From an uncultured Thermoplasmata archaeon (GTDB taxonomy: Archaea; Thermoplasmatota; Thermoplasmata; RBG-16-68-12), in the NCBI GenBank assembly GCA_963768855.1, contig CAVYJM010000006.1, positions 1-64,000 of the forward strand: a DNA stretch of 64,000 nt, given 5' to 3'. This document shows positions 9,763-21,117 of this stretch, piece after piece. The translations under genes were made by a program, and so were the position numbers. The notes beneath the pieces are model-generated. The model did not search any database and was not told the DNA's origin. It worked only from the letters and a program-made list of their open reading frames with translations. Position 1 is the stretch's first letter. Each line of letters opens with the position of its first letter.

Positions 9763-11020
9763 ATGCATAAAAACGGGCATGCTTCCGCCGATGCGGCGCA
9801 GGCAGGAAAGAAAAAGCGCGTTAGCGTGTTGGGCGCCACGGGCACGATCGGGCTGAACACGGCCGAGCTTCTTGCGCTCAATCCAGACCGTTTCCAAACC
9901 GTTGCCCTGGCCGCGAACCGTAACGCCGCCAAGCTTGCCGAGCTTGCTGTCACGCTTAAAGCGGAATACGCCGCGCTCGCGGACGGGCGCCAGGAGAGCG
10001 AACTGAGACGCCTGCTCGAAGGCACGGGGATCGAATGCGGCGCGGGGCCGGAAGCGCTCCTTGAGGCAGCAAATCGGCCCGCCGACATCGTGATGGCCGC
10101 GATTGTGGGAGCGGCCAGGCCTCGCACCGACCTTGGCGGCGTTGCGCCAGGGAACGGTCATCGCGCTGGCCAACAAGGAGTGCCTCGTATCTGCGGGCCC
10201 GCTGTTCATGAGCGAGGCCGCGCGGCATGGGGCAACGCTTCTGCCCGTCAATTCCGAGCATTCAGCCGTTTTTCAAGCCTTGGACGAGCCCGGCTCCAAG
10301 CATGTGGAACGGATCGTCCTTACCGCCTCTGGCGGACCCTTCCGCACATGGACGCGCGAACAGATCGCGGCGGCGCGGCCGGAAGATGCGCTCAAGCACC
10401 CCAACTGGACGATGGGGCAAAAGATCACCATCGACAGCGCCACGATGATGAATAAGGGCCTGGAACTGATTGAGGCCTTTCATCTTTTCGGCGTGCGCGC
10501 CGACCAGCTTTCCGCGATCATCCACCCGCAGTCCATCATCCACGCGCTTGTCTACTACTGCGACGGCTCCGTCATCGCTCAGGCAAGCGTCCCCGATATG
10601 CGGACGCCCATAGCCTACAGTCTGGCTTGGCCCGCCCGCCTGCCCGCCGATGTCATCAAGCGGCTCGATCTCGCGGCTGCCGGGAGTTTGACCTTCGAGG
10701 AGCCGGATGAAACGCGCTTCCCCGCTTTGAGGATTGCAAAGGAAGTGTTGAAGTCCGGCGGAGCAGCGGCAACCGTCCTCAACGCCGCGAATGAGGTTGC
10801 CGTGGAGGCATTTCTCGGCCGCGCCATCGCTTTCCCCGCCATCGCGGCGACCGTCGAGCAAACCCTGGAAAGGGCAGTGTCCGAGCTTGCGGGGGTTGTC
10901 CCGGATAACCTCGATTCCGTGATGTATCTCGACGCCCAAGCACGGCAAATCGCCCGCTCGATCGCCGGCGAGCATCATTTCTCGCCCGTTGCCGCTGTAA
11001 GTGCCGGTTCTAGCTCCTAA
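9763..11020 (+). CDS. dxr: 1-deoxy-D-xylulose-5-phosphate reductoisomerase (1-nt indel near 10115)
   Basis: VLGATGTIG, LANKECLV, PVNSEHSA, HPNWTMGQKITIDSATMMNKGLE. Confidence 0.95.
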
Positions 11021-11141
11021 ATATGCAGTATGCCGGCTTCAGCACAGGCTATCGCAGCTGCAAAATGGAAACGCATTTGCCAAAGATGGCGGCGCGCTTG
11101 GGTGAGCCGCCGCGGCTTACCGCGCGGGAAGGTTTTTTGAA

Positions 11142-12302
11142 ATGATGCCTCAACTCTTATCCTCTGCGATCGGGCAGGTTTTTTGGTGGACGGTTCCATT
11201 CCTGCTCGTGCTAGGGGTGGTGGTCATCGTCCACGAACTCGGACACTTTCTAGCCGCGCGCGCGCTCGGCATAACCGTCGAAACGTTTTCGGTGGGCTTT
11301 GGCCCCGAAATCGCCGGCTTCCACGATAGGCACGGCACGCGCTGGCGCATAGCCTGGATTCCACTCGGCGGCTACGTGAAGTTCAAGGGCGACGAAAGCG
11401 TTGCCAGCCTTCCTTCGGCGGAAGACCTCGACAAACTCACGCCAAGCCAGCGCCAGGGGAATTTCCACACGGCGGCGCTTTGGCGGCGGACGCTCATTGT
11501 GCTGGCGGGGCCGGCTGCAAATTTCCTTTTGAGTCTCGCGATTTTCACCGGGATGGTGCTCTGGACCGGCATCGTTTTTCAACAGGCGGAAATCATATGC
11601 GTGGAGCCTGGCACCCCCGCGGCGAAGGCCGGGTTCAAGGAAGGGGACAAAATCCTCTCGGTCGGCGGGCAGGCCGTTAGAAGTTTTGAGGATTTTAGCT
11701 CCTACGTGGTGCTCAACGCGCGCTCTCCAATCGACATCGCGGTCGAGCGCGACGGAAAAACTGTGGATTTGACAGCGACCCCGGAGCTTACCGAGGGCGA
11801 GTGCATCGGCAGGATCGGCGTTGTGGGCACTACGAACCCCGCAAATGCGAAAATCGTAAGCGCCGGTTTGCTCGCGGCGACGGCGGACGGCTTCCGGCGC
11901 ACTTGGCGTATCGTTGAGGGTCCCTTCCAGTTTCTAAGCCAGCTTTCCAGGGGCAATGCCTGCGCGAGTTCGCTCGGCGGCCCTGTAAAAATCGCTGAAG
12001 TTTCAAAGACATTTGCAACTCAAGGTTTTATTAACTTGATACCGCTAATAGCGTTCATCTCGGTAAGCGTTGGGCTTTTCAACCTCTTCCCGATCCCGGT
12101 CTTGGATGGCGGCCACCTTTTGTTCTATGGCGCAGAAGCCATACTCGGCCGCCCATTGAGTCAAAGAGCGCAAGAAGCGGGTTTTCAGTTTGGATTCGCT
12201 CTGCTTCTCATGCTAATGGTTTTTGTGACGTGGAATAACGTTGCTGAGCTTACGAGAGGCAAGCCGCAAGCGCCGAAAGTCGCAAGTGTCTGTCATAAGT
12301 AA
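11142..12302 (+). CDS. rseP: RIP metalloprotease RseP
   Basis: HELGH zinc motif, PDZ domain, NLFPIPVLDGGH. Confidence 0.96.
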   Translation: MMPQLLSSAIGQVFWWTVPFLLVLGVVVIVHELGHFLAARALGITVETFSVGFGPEIAGFHDRHGTRWRIAWIPLGGYVKFKGDESVASLPSAEDLDKLTPSQRQGNFHTAALWRRTLIVLAGPAANFLLSLAIFTGMVLWTGIVFQQAEIICVEPGTPAAKAGFKEGDKILSVGGQAVRSFEDFSSYVVLNARSPIDIAVERDGKTVDLTATPELTEGECIGRIGVVGTTNPANAKIVSAGLLAATADGFRRTWRIVEGPFQFLSQLSRGNACASSLGGPVKIAEVSKTFATQGFINLIPLIAFISVSVGLFNLFPIPVLDGGHLLFYGAEAILGRPLSQRAQEAGFQFGFALLLMLMVFVTWNNVAELTRGKPQAPKVASVCHK

Positions 12303-12470
12303 GTGGCAAGTTCTGGGGGTACCTTAGTGGCTGCGTGATGCCGGGGGGCAACAGGCGGTCTGCGAAGTTGGGTAATGGGTGGGGTAAGGCCACCAAGGCG
12401 TCACAAAGTGCTAGTCACTTCCCGTGTGGCGTGCTGAGTTGGCAACCGGCGTTAGAGGGGCAATTAATCA

Positions 12471-14860
12471 ATGCTGCGCAAGAGCATAATTCGAAGGGTT
12501 CATGCGGCCCTCACAATTCTTGCGGCTGTAGTCGCTGTGACACTCACAGCCGCGACTGTGCAGCCGATGGAGGCGTTTGCTCAGAACGGAACGGTCGTTC
12601 GCGACATCCGGGTCCAGGGCAACAATCGCATAGAGCCGGAAACCGTCCGCTCCTATTTGAAATTTACCGTAGGCGAGAAATACGACGGCTACAAAGCCGA
12701 CGAGAGCCTGCGCGCCCTGTTTGGGACCGGCCTGTTCCAGGACGTGCACCTGAACCTGCAGGGGGGCACTGTGGTTGTATCGGTTGTGGAAAATCCGATC
12801 ATCAACCGGGTTGCCTTCGAGGGAAACAGCGAGGTCAAGACCGATACGCTGAGCGCCGAAGTGCAGCTCAAGTCCCGTGCGCTGTATTCCCGTGCCCGCG
12901 TGCAGGCCGACGTTCAGCGCATTCTCGACGTCTACCGCCGGCAAGGCTATTACGCGACTCAGGTGGATGCCCAGATCATCCAGCTCGACCATAACCGGAT
13001 CGACCTCGTGTTCGAGGTTCGCGAAGGGCCTGAGACCAAGGTGGCGGGCATCAACTTCATCGGAAACCAATCCTTCTCCGACACCGAGCTTCGCGGCGTT
13101 ATCACGACGACCGAGTCGAGCATCATGGACTTCCTGAAGCCGACGTCGGTCTACGATCCGGACCGGTTCAATCTCGACCGTGAGCTTCTGCGCCGTTATT
13201 ACGTTAAGAACGGCTATGCCGATATGCGGGTCGTCTCCGCGGTTGCGGACGTGGACCGCGAGGGCAAGGGCTTTTTCCTCACCTTTACGGTTGACGAAGG
13301 GGCACACTACGACTTCGGCACAGTCAACGTCGAAACGACGCTTCCTGAGTTCAACACTGGCGACGCTCGTGGCAAGCTTCAGAGCAAATCTGGCGACACC
13401 TACAACGCGGAGGCTGTTGACAAGACGGTTGAGGCGCTGACTGTCGCCGTCGCCCAGCAAGGCTACGCATTCGGGCAAGTGCGGACGAGAATCAATCGCG
13501 ATCCAGTTTCCCGGACGATCGGTGTGACTTACGTGGTCGAGCAAGGTCCGCGCGTTTATATCGAACGCATCAACGTTGTGGGTAATTTCCGGACTGAGGA
13601 TTACGTCATCCGCCGTGAATTCCGGGTCGCGGAAGGCGATGCCTACAACAAGGTTATGGTGGATCAAGCCCGCATGCGGCTTATGGGCCTCGGCTTCTTC
13701 AAGGACGTGAAGATCAATAAAGAACCTGGGACTGCTGGCGATCGCGTCGTCCTCAATCTCAACGTCGAAGAGCAATCCACTGGTGAGCTGTCGTTCTCCG
13801 CGGGCTACTCCACGGCAGAGGGCGTCATCGGCGACATCAGCTACAGCGAACGCAACTTCATGGGCACCGGCCAGTTCGTGCAGGTTAAGCTGTCGGGCAG
13901 CCAGGTGAGCTATGGCGTCGATACCAGCTGGACCGAGCCGCGCTTCCTCGACCGGAACCTCTCGCTCGGCGTCGATGCTTTCGTCCGCAACGCCGATTAC
14001 AAGTCGAATACCGGCTATACCACGGCGGGCTACGAGGACTTCAAGACCGGCGGCAGCCTGCGCTTCGGCTTTGGCCTTCTCGACAATGTGTGGCTGAATA
14101 CCAACTACACCCTGATGTACGAGAATATCTACAACCTCGATCGTGGGTGCTCCGCTGGCCGTGTATGAGGTTGAGGGACCGTCGGTCGTGTCCTCGGTCG
14201 GTTACTCTCTGATCTGGGATACCCGCAACAATCGCAAGAACCCAACACGCGGCTTCTACTTCTCGGCTGGGCAGGATTTCGCTGGTGTGGGCGGCGACGT
14301 CGACTACGTCCGCTCCGTTGGCGAGGTGAGGGGCTACTATCCGCTTACCAAGGACTTCACCCTCGTTGGGCGTGGCTTGGCCGGTAACATCTTCGACTGG
14401 AACAGCGGTGGATATATCCGCACGGCGGACGACTTCTACAAAGGCGGCGAATGCGTTCGCGGCTTCGCTCCAGCGGGTCTTGGGCCACGCGATCCTTCGA
14501 CAGGAGACTCGCTCGGCGGCAAGAACTTCTACTGCGCCACTGCGGAGGTACGCTTCCCGATCCCCTTCATTCCCGAGGATATGGGCTTCGGCGGTGCCGT
14601 GTTCGCCGATGCCGGCTCGGTCTGGGGTACCGATGCAATTGCGCTTGGCAATCGCTTATTTGGCAGCAGTCATGTCCTTCTAGTGCAACCTGTTCGCCAA
14701 CAGGTCGAAGACTCGGCCAATCGTCCGGGCATCCGTTGGTGGCAGCTTGATCTGGAACTCCCCAATTGGACCGCTGCGTGCTGACTTCGGTTATGCTCTC
14801 CTGAAGGAACAGTTCGACCAAACGCAGGTCTTCAGGTTCGGCGCGGCGACCAGGTTCTAA
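12471..14860 (+). CDS. bamA: Outer membrane protein assembly factor BamA (indels near 14150 and 14640-14780)
   Basis: POTRA repeats (IRVQGNNRIEPETV) and barrel (VRGFAPAGLGP). The final frame ends SPIGPLRADFGY...FRFGAATRF at 14858-14860. Confidence 0.95.
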
Positions 14861-14907
14861 GCACAGGCAGCCTCCGGTTGCCGGACAAGACGGTAACTTT
14901 CAAAAGG

Positions 14908-14942
14908 AATGCTAAGCGGGCACAAGCCCGCTTAGCATTTTC
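14908..14942 (+). terminator. Intrinsic terminator-like hairpin after bamA
   Basis: AATGCTAAGCGGGC-ACAA-GCCCGCTTAGCATT followed by T residues. Confidence 0.6.
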
Positions 14943-14954
14943 AGCGTAACGCTC

Positions 14955-16016
14955 ATGGATCATCAAGGCTTTTGGGCCCCAGCCGGGCCATTCGCTCTTT
15001 CGGAGCTTGCTGCTTACGCAGGCGCGGAAATCCCCGAACGCTTCTCAGCCAAGGCTGCTACGCCGATAAAGGCGGTGAAGGCGCTCGACGACGCGGGGAG
15101 CGACGACCTATCGTTTTTCGAGAACCGGAAATATTTGGCAGCGCTCAAGGAAACCCGGGCCGCAGCCGTATTCGTTGCACCTAGCTTTGCGGAACGCGTG
15201 CCGGAGTGCACCGTGCCCCTTATTTCCAAGGACCCTTACCGCTCCTTCGCAAAATCGCTTGAGCTTTTCTTTCCGGATGCGGGACATCCCAAGGTTGGGA
15301 GCGCGGGCTCCGGGCTCGGCGACGCAAGCGCGAAGATCGAGGATGGAGCGATTATCGAGGCCGGTGCGATGATCGGACCCGAAGCGCAAATCGGCCGGGG
15401 CACGCGGATCGCCGCCGGTGCGGTGGTCGGCTTCCGCGTCGCCATAGGCCGCGATTGCTTCGTGGGGCCGGGCGCGTCAGTCACGCATGCGCTTATCGGC
15501 AACCGGGTGATCGTTCATGCGGGCGCGCGCATAGGCCAAGACGGCTTCGGATTCGCCATGGGGCCAAACGGCCATTATAAAGTCCGGCAAATCGGCCGCG
15601 TCATAATCCAAGACGGCGTCGAGATCGGTGCGAACACGACCATCGACAGGGGGGCGCTCAAGGATACGGTCATTGGCGAGGGCACAAAGCTCGACAACCT
15701 CGTGCAGATTGCGCATAACGTGGTGATCGGCAGGCACTGTGTTATAGCTGCACAAACCGGTATATCCGGCAGCACTGTCTTGGAAGATTTCGTCGCCATG
15801 GGCGGGCAATGCGGAACGGTCGGGCATATTCGCATTGGCGCAGGCGCCCAGATTGCCGCGCAAAGCGGGATATCTTGCGATATTCCGCGCGGCGAGGTTT
15901 GGGGCGGCTATCCTGCGAAGCCGATAACCTCCTGGAAGCGGGAGGTGGCTTTGCTCAAGCGGCTCGTGCGGCGCAGGGGTTCGAGTGAAAAAAACAAAGA
16001 TGAAGCGGCCGATTAG
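14955..16016 (+). CDS. lpxD: UDP-3-O-acylglucosamine N-acyltransferase
   Basis: Hexapeptide repeats, [26 protein letters not shown]. Confidence 0.97.
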   Translation: MDHQGFWAPAGPFALSELAAYAGAEIPERFSAKAATPIKAVKALDDAGSDDLSFFENRKYLAALKETRAAAVFVAPSFAERVPECTVPLISKDPYRSFAKSLELFFPDAGHPKVGSAGSGLGDASAKIEDGAIIEAGAMIGPEAQIGRGTRIAAGAVVGFRVAIGRDCFVGPGASVTHALIGNRVIVHAGARIGQDGFGFAMGPNGHYKVRQIGRVIIQDGVEIGANTTIDRGALKDTVIGEGTKLDNLVQIAHNVVIGRHCVIAAQTGISGSTVLEDFVAMGGQCGTVGHIRIGAGAQIAAQSGISCDIPRGEVWGGYPAKPITSWKREVALLKRLVRRRGSSEKNKDEAAD

Positions 16017-16018
16017 TA

Positions 16019-16555
16019 GTGGCGATGTGGGATAGACCGGTGACCGGCAACGAAAGCGAAATGAAGACTAAGCCGAGGGAACTGGGCACGGCGGATATTG
16101 CGCGCATCATGAAATTGCTGCCGCATCGCTATCCGTTTCTCCTCGTCGACAAGATCGTGGAGATGGACGGGGACAATTCCGCGGTTGGCATCAAGAATGT
16201 CACCATCAATGAGCCGTTCTTTCAGGGCCATTTCCCAAACTTTCCGGTCATGCCCGGCGTTCTTCTTATAGAAGGCATGGCGCAGACCGCGGGCGCGCTT
16301 TGCGTGGCGACAATGGCGGCGAATTACGAGCCGCAGCTCGTGTATTTCATGTCGATCGACCGCGCGCGCTTCCGCCGGCCGGTTGTGCCAGGGGATACCG
16401 TCCATTATCACATGTCCAAGCGGCGCAACCGCGGGCGGGTCTGGCGTTTCGATGGAAAAGCCACGGTGAATGGCCAGCTCGTGGCCGAAGCCGAGATCAG
16501 CGCCATGATTGTGGACCCAACCAAGCAGGCAGATCAGACCGGGGATAGCGAGTAG
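16019..16555 (+). CDS. fabZ: 3-hydroxyacyl-ACP dehydratase (start may be ATG 16061)
   Basis: [32 protein letters not shown]. Confidence 0.97.
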   Translation: MAMWDRPVTGNESEMKTKPRELGTADIARIMKLLPHRYPFLLVDKIVEMDGDNSAVGIKNVTINEPFFQGHFPNFPVMPGVLLIEGMAQTAGALCVATMAANYEPQLVYFMSIDRARFRRPVVPGDTVHYHMSKRRNRGRVWRFDGKATVNGQLVAEAEISAMIVDPTKQADQTGDSE

Positions 16556-16561
16556 CGCGAT

Positions 16562-17362
16562 ATGGCTGAGGCAGCTGTGCATCCCCTAGCGGCGGTCGAT
16601 CCGAACGCAAAACTGGGCAGCGGCGTCGAGATTGGCCCCTTTGCGGTCATCGGCCCCAATGTCACCCTTGGCGATCGCGTCAAGATACATTCGCACGCCA
16701 TCGTCACTGGCAATACCGAAGTCGGCGAGGGCTGCGAAATCCACCCCTTCGCCGTGCTAGGCGGCCCGCCGCAGGACAAAAAATATCGCGGCGAGGAGAG
16801 CCGGCTCATCGTGGGCCCGTTCAACACGATGCGCGAGCACGTCACCATGAACAGCGGCACCGAAGGCGGCGGCTATATAACCCGCGTCGGCGCCCACGGC
16901 CTCTTTCTCACCGCGGCCCATGTCGCTCACGATTGCCAGGTCGGCGATCACGTCATCTTCTCAAACAACGCGACGCTTGCGGGGCACGTCACGGTCGAAG
17001 ATCACGCCATCCTTGGCGGGCTGTGCGCGGTGCATCAATTCGTGCGCATAGGCGCGCATGCCTTTATCGGCGGCATGTCCGGCATTGAGAACGACGTGAT
17101 CCCGTTCGGCATGGCGCTCGGCAACCGCGCAACGCTGGCCGGCCTCAACATCGTCGGCCTCAAGCGCCACGGCTTCGAGCGGGAGCAGATCCACGCGCTG
17201 CGGCAAGCCTACCGGCTCTTGTTCTCCCAGGAGGGTACGCTGCAAGAGCGGCTCGATGACGTCGATAAGATGTTCCCGGACCATGCTGCGGTTCAACGGA
17301 TCGTTGGATTCATGCGGGCCAAGGCGGACCGGTCCTTCTGCGTGCCTAGAAGCCAATCGTAG
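16562..17362 (+). CDS. lpxA: UDP-N-acetylglucosamine acyltransferase
   Basis: Hexapeptide repeats, PPQDKKY, HVAHDC, HQFVRIG. Confidence 0.97.
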   Translation: MAEAAVHPLAAVDPNAKLGSGVEIGPFAVIGPNVTLGDRVKIHSHAIVTGNTEVGEGCEIHPFAVLGGPPQDKKYRGEESRLIVGPFNTMREHVTMNSGTEGGGYITRVGAHGLFLTAAHVAHDCQVGDHVIFSNNATLAGHVTVEDHAILGGLCAVHQFVRIGAHAFIGGMSGIENDVIPFGMALGNRATLAGLNIVGLKRHGFEREQIHALRQAYRLLFSQEGTLQERLDDVDKMFPDHAAVQRIVGFMRAKADRSFCVPRSQS

Positions 17363-18252
17363 TGAGCGTGCCCGCGCCCCAAACCACACAAGCTGAGCGC
17401 GCTGGACACAGTCGCACGGGCCGGATCGGGATCATCGCGGGCTGGGGCTCGCTTCCCGCCACAGTGGCGGAGGAGGCACAAAGCGCTGGCCATAACCCGT
17501 TTATCGTAGGCTTGGCGGGAAACGCCGAAGCCAGCATCGAGCGTTTTCCGCACGCTTACGTCCATATCGGCCAAGCCGGGCGTATGTTGCGCGTTCTGCG
17601 CGGCGAGGGCTGCACCCGGCTTGTGTTCATTGGCGGCCTGCGCCGGCCGAACCTTTTCCGTATCCGGATCGACGCGGGCTTAATCAGGCATTTGCCCCGG
17701 CTGTTGCGGCTCTTGAATAGCGGCGACGACACCATGCTCAGGGGCATCGCGCGCTTTTTCGAGGATCTAGGCTTCGAGGTGCTCGCCGCTCAAGAGGTGG
17801 CACCACGCCTTCTCGCTCCCGAGGGGCCATTCTCCAGGCTGTTGCCCCGCGCGCAGGATTTGGAGGACATAAAGCTTGGCTTCAAGGTGACGCACGGCCT
17901 CGGCCTTCTCGACATCGGCCAGGCCGCCGTGGTGGCGCGCGGCTATGTGCTCGCCGTGGAGGCCGCGGAGGGGACCGACGCCATGCTAAGCCGGTGCCCT
18001 GGCCTGAACCGCTGGGGCTTAGGGGCGCGGAACGGCGTACTGGTGAAACGGCCGAAGCCCGGGCAGGACCGGCGTCTCGATTTGCCCGGCATCGGACCGC
18101 GAACGGTGGAGCTTGCTGCCGAAGCGGGCCTCGCCGGCATAGCCGTGGAGGCCGGCGCGGTTCTCCTGGCCGGCGTGGACGAACTCGTGGAAAAGGCGAA
18201 CAAGTCCGGCCTATTTCTCTATGGCGTCCCGCCGGTGGATGCGGAAAGTTAG
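17362..18252 (+). CDS. lpxI: UDP-2,3-diacylglucosamine diphosphatase LpxI
   Basis: IGIIAGWGSLP, DIGQAAVV, VEAAEGTD, KPGQDRRLDLPGIG; sits between lpxA and lpxB. Confidence 0.93.
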   Translation: MSVPAPQTTQAERAGHSRTGRIGIIAGWGSLPATVAEEAQSAGHNPFIVGLAGNAEASIERFPHAYVHIGQAGRMLRVLRGEGCTRLVFIGGLRRPNLFRIRIDAGLIRHLPRLLRLLNSGDDTMLRGIARFFEDLGFEVLAAQEVAPRLLAPEGPFSRLLPRAQDLEDIKLGFKVTHGLGLLDIGQAAVVARGYVLAVEAAEGTDAMLSRCPGLNRWGLGARNGVLVKRPKPGQDRRLDLPGIGPRTVELAAEAGLAGIAVEAGAVLLAGVDELVEKANKSGLFLYGVPPVDAES

Positions 18253-18271
18253 TAGGCAATTCTAACCGCAT

Positions 18272-18352
18272 CGTCGTCCCCGCGCAGGCGGGGACCCATC
18301 TAAGATCTTGTTTTGGCGTCTGAAATGGATTCTCGCCTTCGCGGGAATGACG
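18272..18352. repeat. CGTC-tagged REP-like palindrome (family B, copy 1)
   Basis: CGTCGTCCCCGCGCAGGCGGGGACCCAT ... ATGGATTCTCGCCTTCGCGGGAATGACG. Confidence 0.8.
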
Positions 18353-18414
18353 CTGCGGAAACATCGGGAAGCCGGTTCCAGGCCGGCGCGGGCGCGGTAC
18401 TTGGGGGCAAGCTC

Positions 18415-19617
18415 ATGTCTCAACCGAAGCGAATCTTTGTGGTGGCGGGCGAGCATTCGGGCGATGTGCTCGGCGGCAAGCTCATGGAGGCGCTGAAGGC
18501 GAAGGCCGGCCCGCAAGCCTTTGAGTTTGCTGGGGTTGGCGGCGAGCACATGGAAGCCGCGGGGCTGCGCTCGATCTTTCCGCTGTCGGACGTGGCGGTC
18601 ATGGGGCTGGCCGCGATCCTTGCTCGCCTCCCCACGCTCGTGCGGAGGGTCTACCAGACCGCCGATGCGGCGCTTGCCTTCAATCCGGATGCGCTCATCA
18701 TCATCGACAGCCCGGAGTTCACCCACCCAATCGCGAAGCGGGTGCGCAAGCGCCGGCCCGAAATCCCCATCGTGGATTATGTGAGCCCGACCGTTTGGGC
18801 TTGGCGCCCAGGCCGCGCCCGCAAGATGCGGCCCTATGTGGACCACCTGCTCGCGCTGTTGCCCTTCGAGCCGGAAGCGCATGCGCGGCTCGGCGGCCCA
18901 GCTTGCACTTATGTGGGCCATCCGCTCATTGAGAGGGCGGCCTGGATCGACGGGCTCGACACTGAAAAGTTGCGCGCGCGCTTGGGCCTGAAGCCCGGCC
19001 TTCCAGTGCTCGTGGTTCTGCCGGGCAGCCGCACGAGCGAAGTTTCGCGGCTCATGCAGCCGTTCGGCGAGACCATCGCCCTGCTGCAGCGGCAGATCGG
19101 GCCGGTGGAGCTTATAGTGCCGGCGGTGCCCTGGGTGCGCCCGCTGATCGAGGCTGGCTTGGCCGCTTGGCCGCAACGGCCCCACCTTGTCGAGGGCGAG
19201 GAGGATAAATTCACGGCGTTCAAGCTGGCCCAGGCGGCGCTTGCCGCATCGGGCACGGTGACGCTGGAGCTGGCGGTCGCGGGTACGCCGATGGTGGTGG
19301 CCTATCGCGCGGACCGGCTGGTGGCGCAGCTGCGCTTTCTCGTGAAGGTCCATTCGGTCGTTCTTGCCAACCTGGTTCTGGGCGAGAATGCCTTCCCGGA
19401 ATTGCTCCAGGAAGATTGCACCCCCGAAAAGCTCAGCGCCGCCCTTGGCCCGCTGCTTGCGGATAGCCCGGAGCGGAGCGCCCAGCTTTCCGCGCTTGGC
19501 AAAATCCGCGAGAAGATGTTCCTGCCGGAAGGGACGCCCAGCGGCAAGGCGGCGGAAGTAGTTCTTGCGGTGCTGGACAAGGCCGGCGCAGATCTTCGTG
19601 CAAAAACGGCCGCGTAG
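18415..19617 (+). CDS. lpxB: Lipid-A-disaccharide synthase
   Basis: IFVVAGEHSGD, IIDSPEF, YVSPTVWAWRPGR, LPGSRTSE, ASGTVTLE. Confidence 0.96.
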   Translation: MSQPKRIFVVAGEHSGDVLGGKLMEALKAKAGPQAFEFAGVGGEHMEAAGLRSIFPLSDVAVMGLAAILARLPTLVRRVYQTADAALAFNPDALIIIDSPEFTHPIAKRVRKRRPEIPIVDYVSPTVWAWRPGRARKMRPYVDHLLALLPFEPEAHARLGGPACTYVGHPLIERAAWIDGLDTEKLRARLGLKPGLPVLVVLPGSRTSEVSRLMQPFGETIALLQRQIGPVELIVPAVPWVRPLIEAGLAAWPQRPHLVEGEEDKFTAFKLAQAALAASGTVTLELAVAGTPMVVAYRADRLVAQLRFLVKVHSVVLANLVLGENAFPELLQEDCTPEKLSAALGPLLADSPERSAQLSALGKIREKMFLPEGTPSGKAAEVVLAVLDKAGADLRAKTAA

Positions 19618-19772
19618 GAACAAGTTGTCCGCCTAAAGTTTTCAGTCGATGCTGCATCTCAGGCAAAATTGCTTGCAATTGAGCGCTGGCTGGGCCGGGG
19701 GGCGACGCTGTAAAGAACGCAAATAGCTCTCAGCTATCGGCCGTCCTGGCGAAAATAATACAATGTTGCCGT

Positions 19773-20588
19773 ATGACGAATAGCGCCTGGCACTCTTACG
19801 TATCGCCGCCGCAAGGCAATGGCAGTGAACAAGTCTTCGCTACAGAAGGACTTGCAGCACGCGAGCGCTCTGGCCTCATGATCAAATGTCTTGTTCCGAT
19901 TGTTAGGTTTGCTGAGTGGATAAATCTTAGATATTCAAAAGTTGGCAATCCTCCCGTTTACGAGAACTCCGTCTTTCCGTGGGCGGCCGGAATAGAGCGC
20001 GAATGGCGAACCATCCGCCGGGAGCTTGAGGCGGTGCTGACGCGCAAGGACGAGCTGCCGGACTTCCATGAGATCGCCGCCGATGTCGCTTCGATCAGCA
20101 GCGGGCCAGGCTGGAAAACCTTCCTGCTTGCCGGCTACGGCAGCGAATCCCGCCAGAACATCGCCCTTTGCCCCGAAACCTGGCGCATCCTCAAGAAGGT
20201 GCCCGGCCTCAAGACCGCGATGTTCTCGATCTTCGACCCCGGCAAGCACCTGCCGCCGCACAGGGGGCCATATAACGGGCTGCTGCGCTTCCACCTCGGC
20301 CTGATCGTGCCGGAGCCAAGGGACCAGGTTGCGATCCGCGTGGCCGGCCGTGTCTGCCATTGGGAGGAAGGCCGCGCGCTCATTTTCGACGATGCCTACG
20401 AGCACGAAGCCTGGAACAAGACGGACAAGGTGCGCGTGGTCCTGTTTGTGGATTTCGTGAAGCCGCTGCGCTTCCCCGCCAACCTCGTGAACTGGCTCAT
20501 TTTGAACGTCGCCACGTTCACGCCCTACATCCGGGAGGGCTATAACAAACACCGCAAATGGGAGCGCGCGTTTCATAGGGGCAGGTGA
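19773..20588 (+). CDS. Aspartyl/asparaginyl beta-hydroxylase-family Fe(II)/2OG dioxygenase (LpxO-like)
   Basis: AMFSIFDPGKHLPPHRGPYNGLLRFHLGL and FDDAYEHEAWN...RVVLFVD. The start may be ATG 19878. Confidence 0.85.
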   Translation: MTNSAWHSYVSPPQGNGSEQVFATEGLAARERSGLMIKCLVPIVRFAEWINLRYSKVGNPPVYENSVFPWAAGIEREWRTIRRELEAVLTRKDELPDFHEIAADVASISSGPGWKTFLLAGYGSESRQNIALCPETWRILKKVPGLKTAMFSIFDPGKHLPPHRGPYNGLLRFHLGLIVPEPRDQVAIRVAGRVCHWEEGRALIFDDAYEHEAWNKTDKVRVVLFVDFVKPLRFPANLVNWLILNVATFTPYIREGYNKHRKWERAFHRGR

Positions 20589-21117
20589 TATCCGTTCGAC
20601 GCTTTTGGGGGCGGCAAGCAACTGTTAACCACGTTATTGCGGGTTTCTTGCTCCAAAATCCCGCAATCCTTCCGGCTTCCTTCATGGCGCCATTATAGCA
20701 GCGGTATCTGTTTGAATTCTTAAGCGCTGGTCAGCGTATTGATATCGCAAGGGAAAATATCGTCACTGCGCGCCGATCGCCCGCGCCGGATGCATCGTTT
20801 TATGGTTAATATTAAATCTGCGACTATATTTAAACGGATTTTGGAAACGTGGAATCGGGCCAAAAATGGCAAAAGATTCGCAAAAAGCGGCGGGCGGAAA
20901 ATGGGAAATCCGCGCGTTTACTATACCAGAATTAACTACGATAGTGCTGTACGCGAAACTAATGGTTCATTAATACCTGATGTTTCTCCGAGCTTGCGCG
21001 AAGAGTGCTTGGAATCTGCGATCCATACAACGGGCATTACCCCTCACCCCAGCCCTCTCCCAATGGGAGAGGGAGTCCCGTCGCGGCCGTTGAGAAGGCG
21101 TCCCCTCTCCCAATGGG

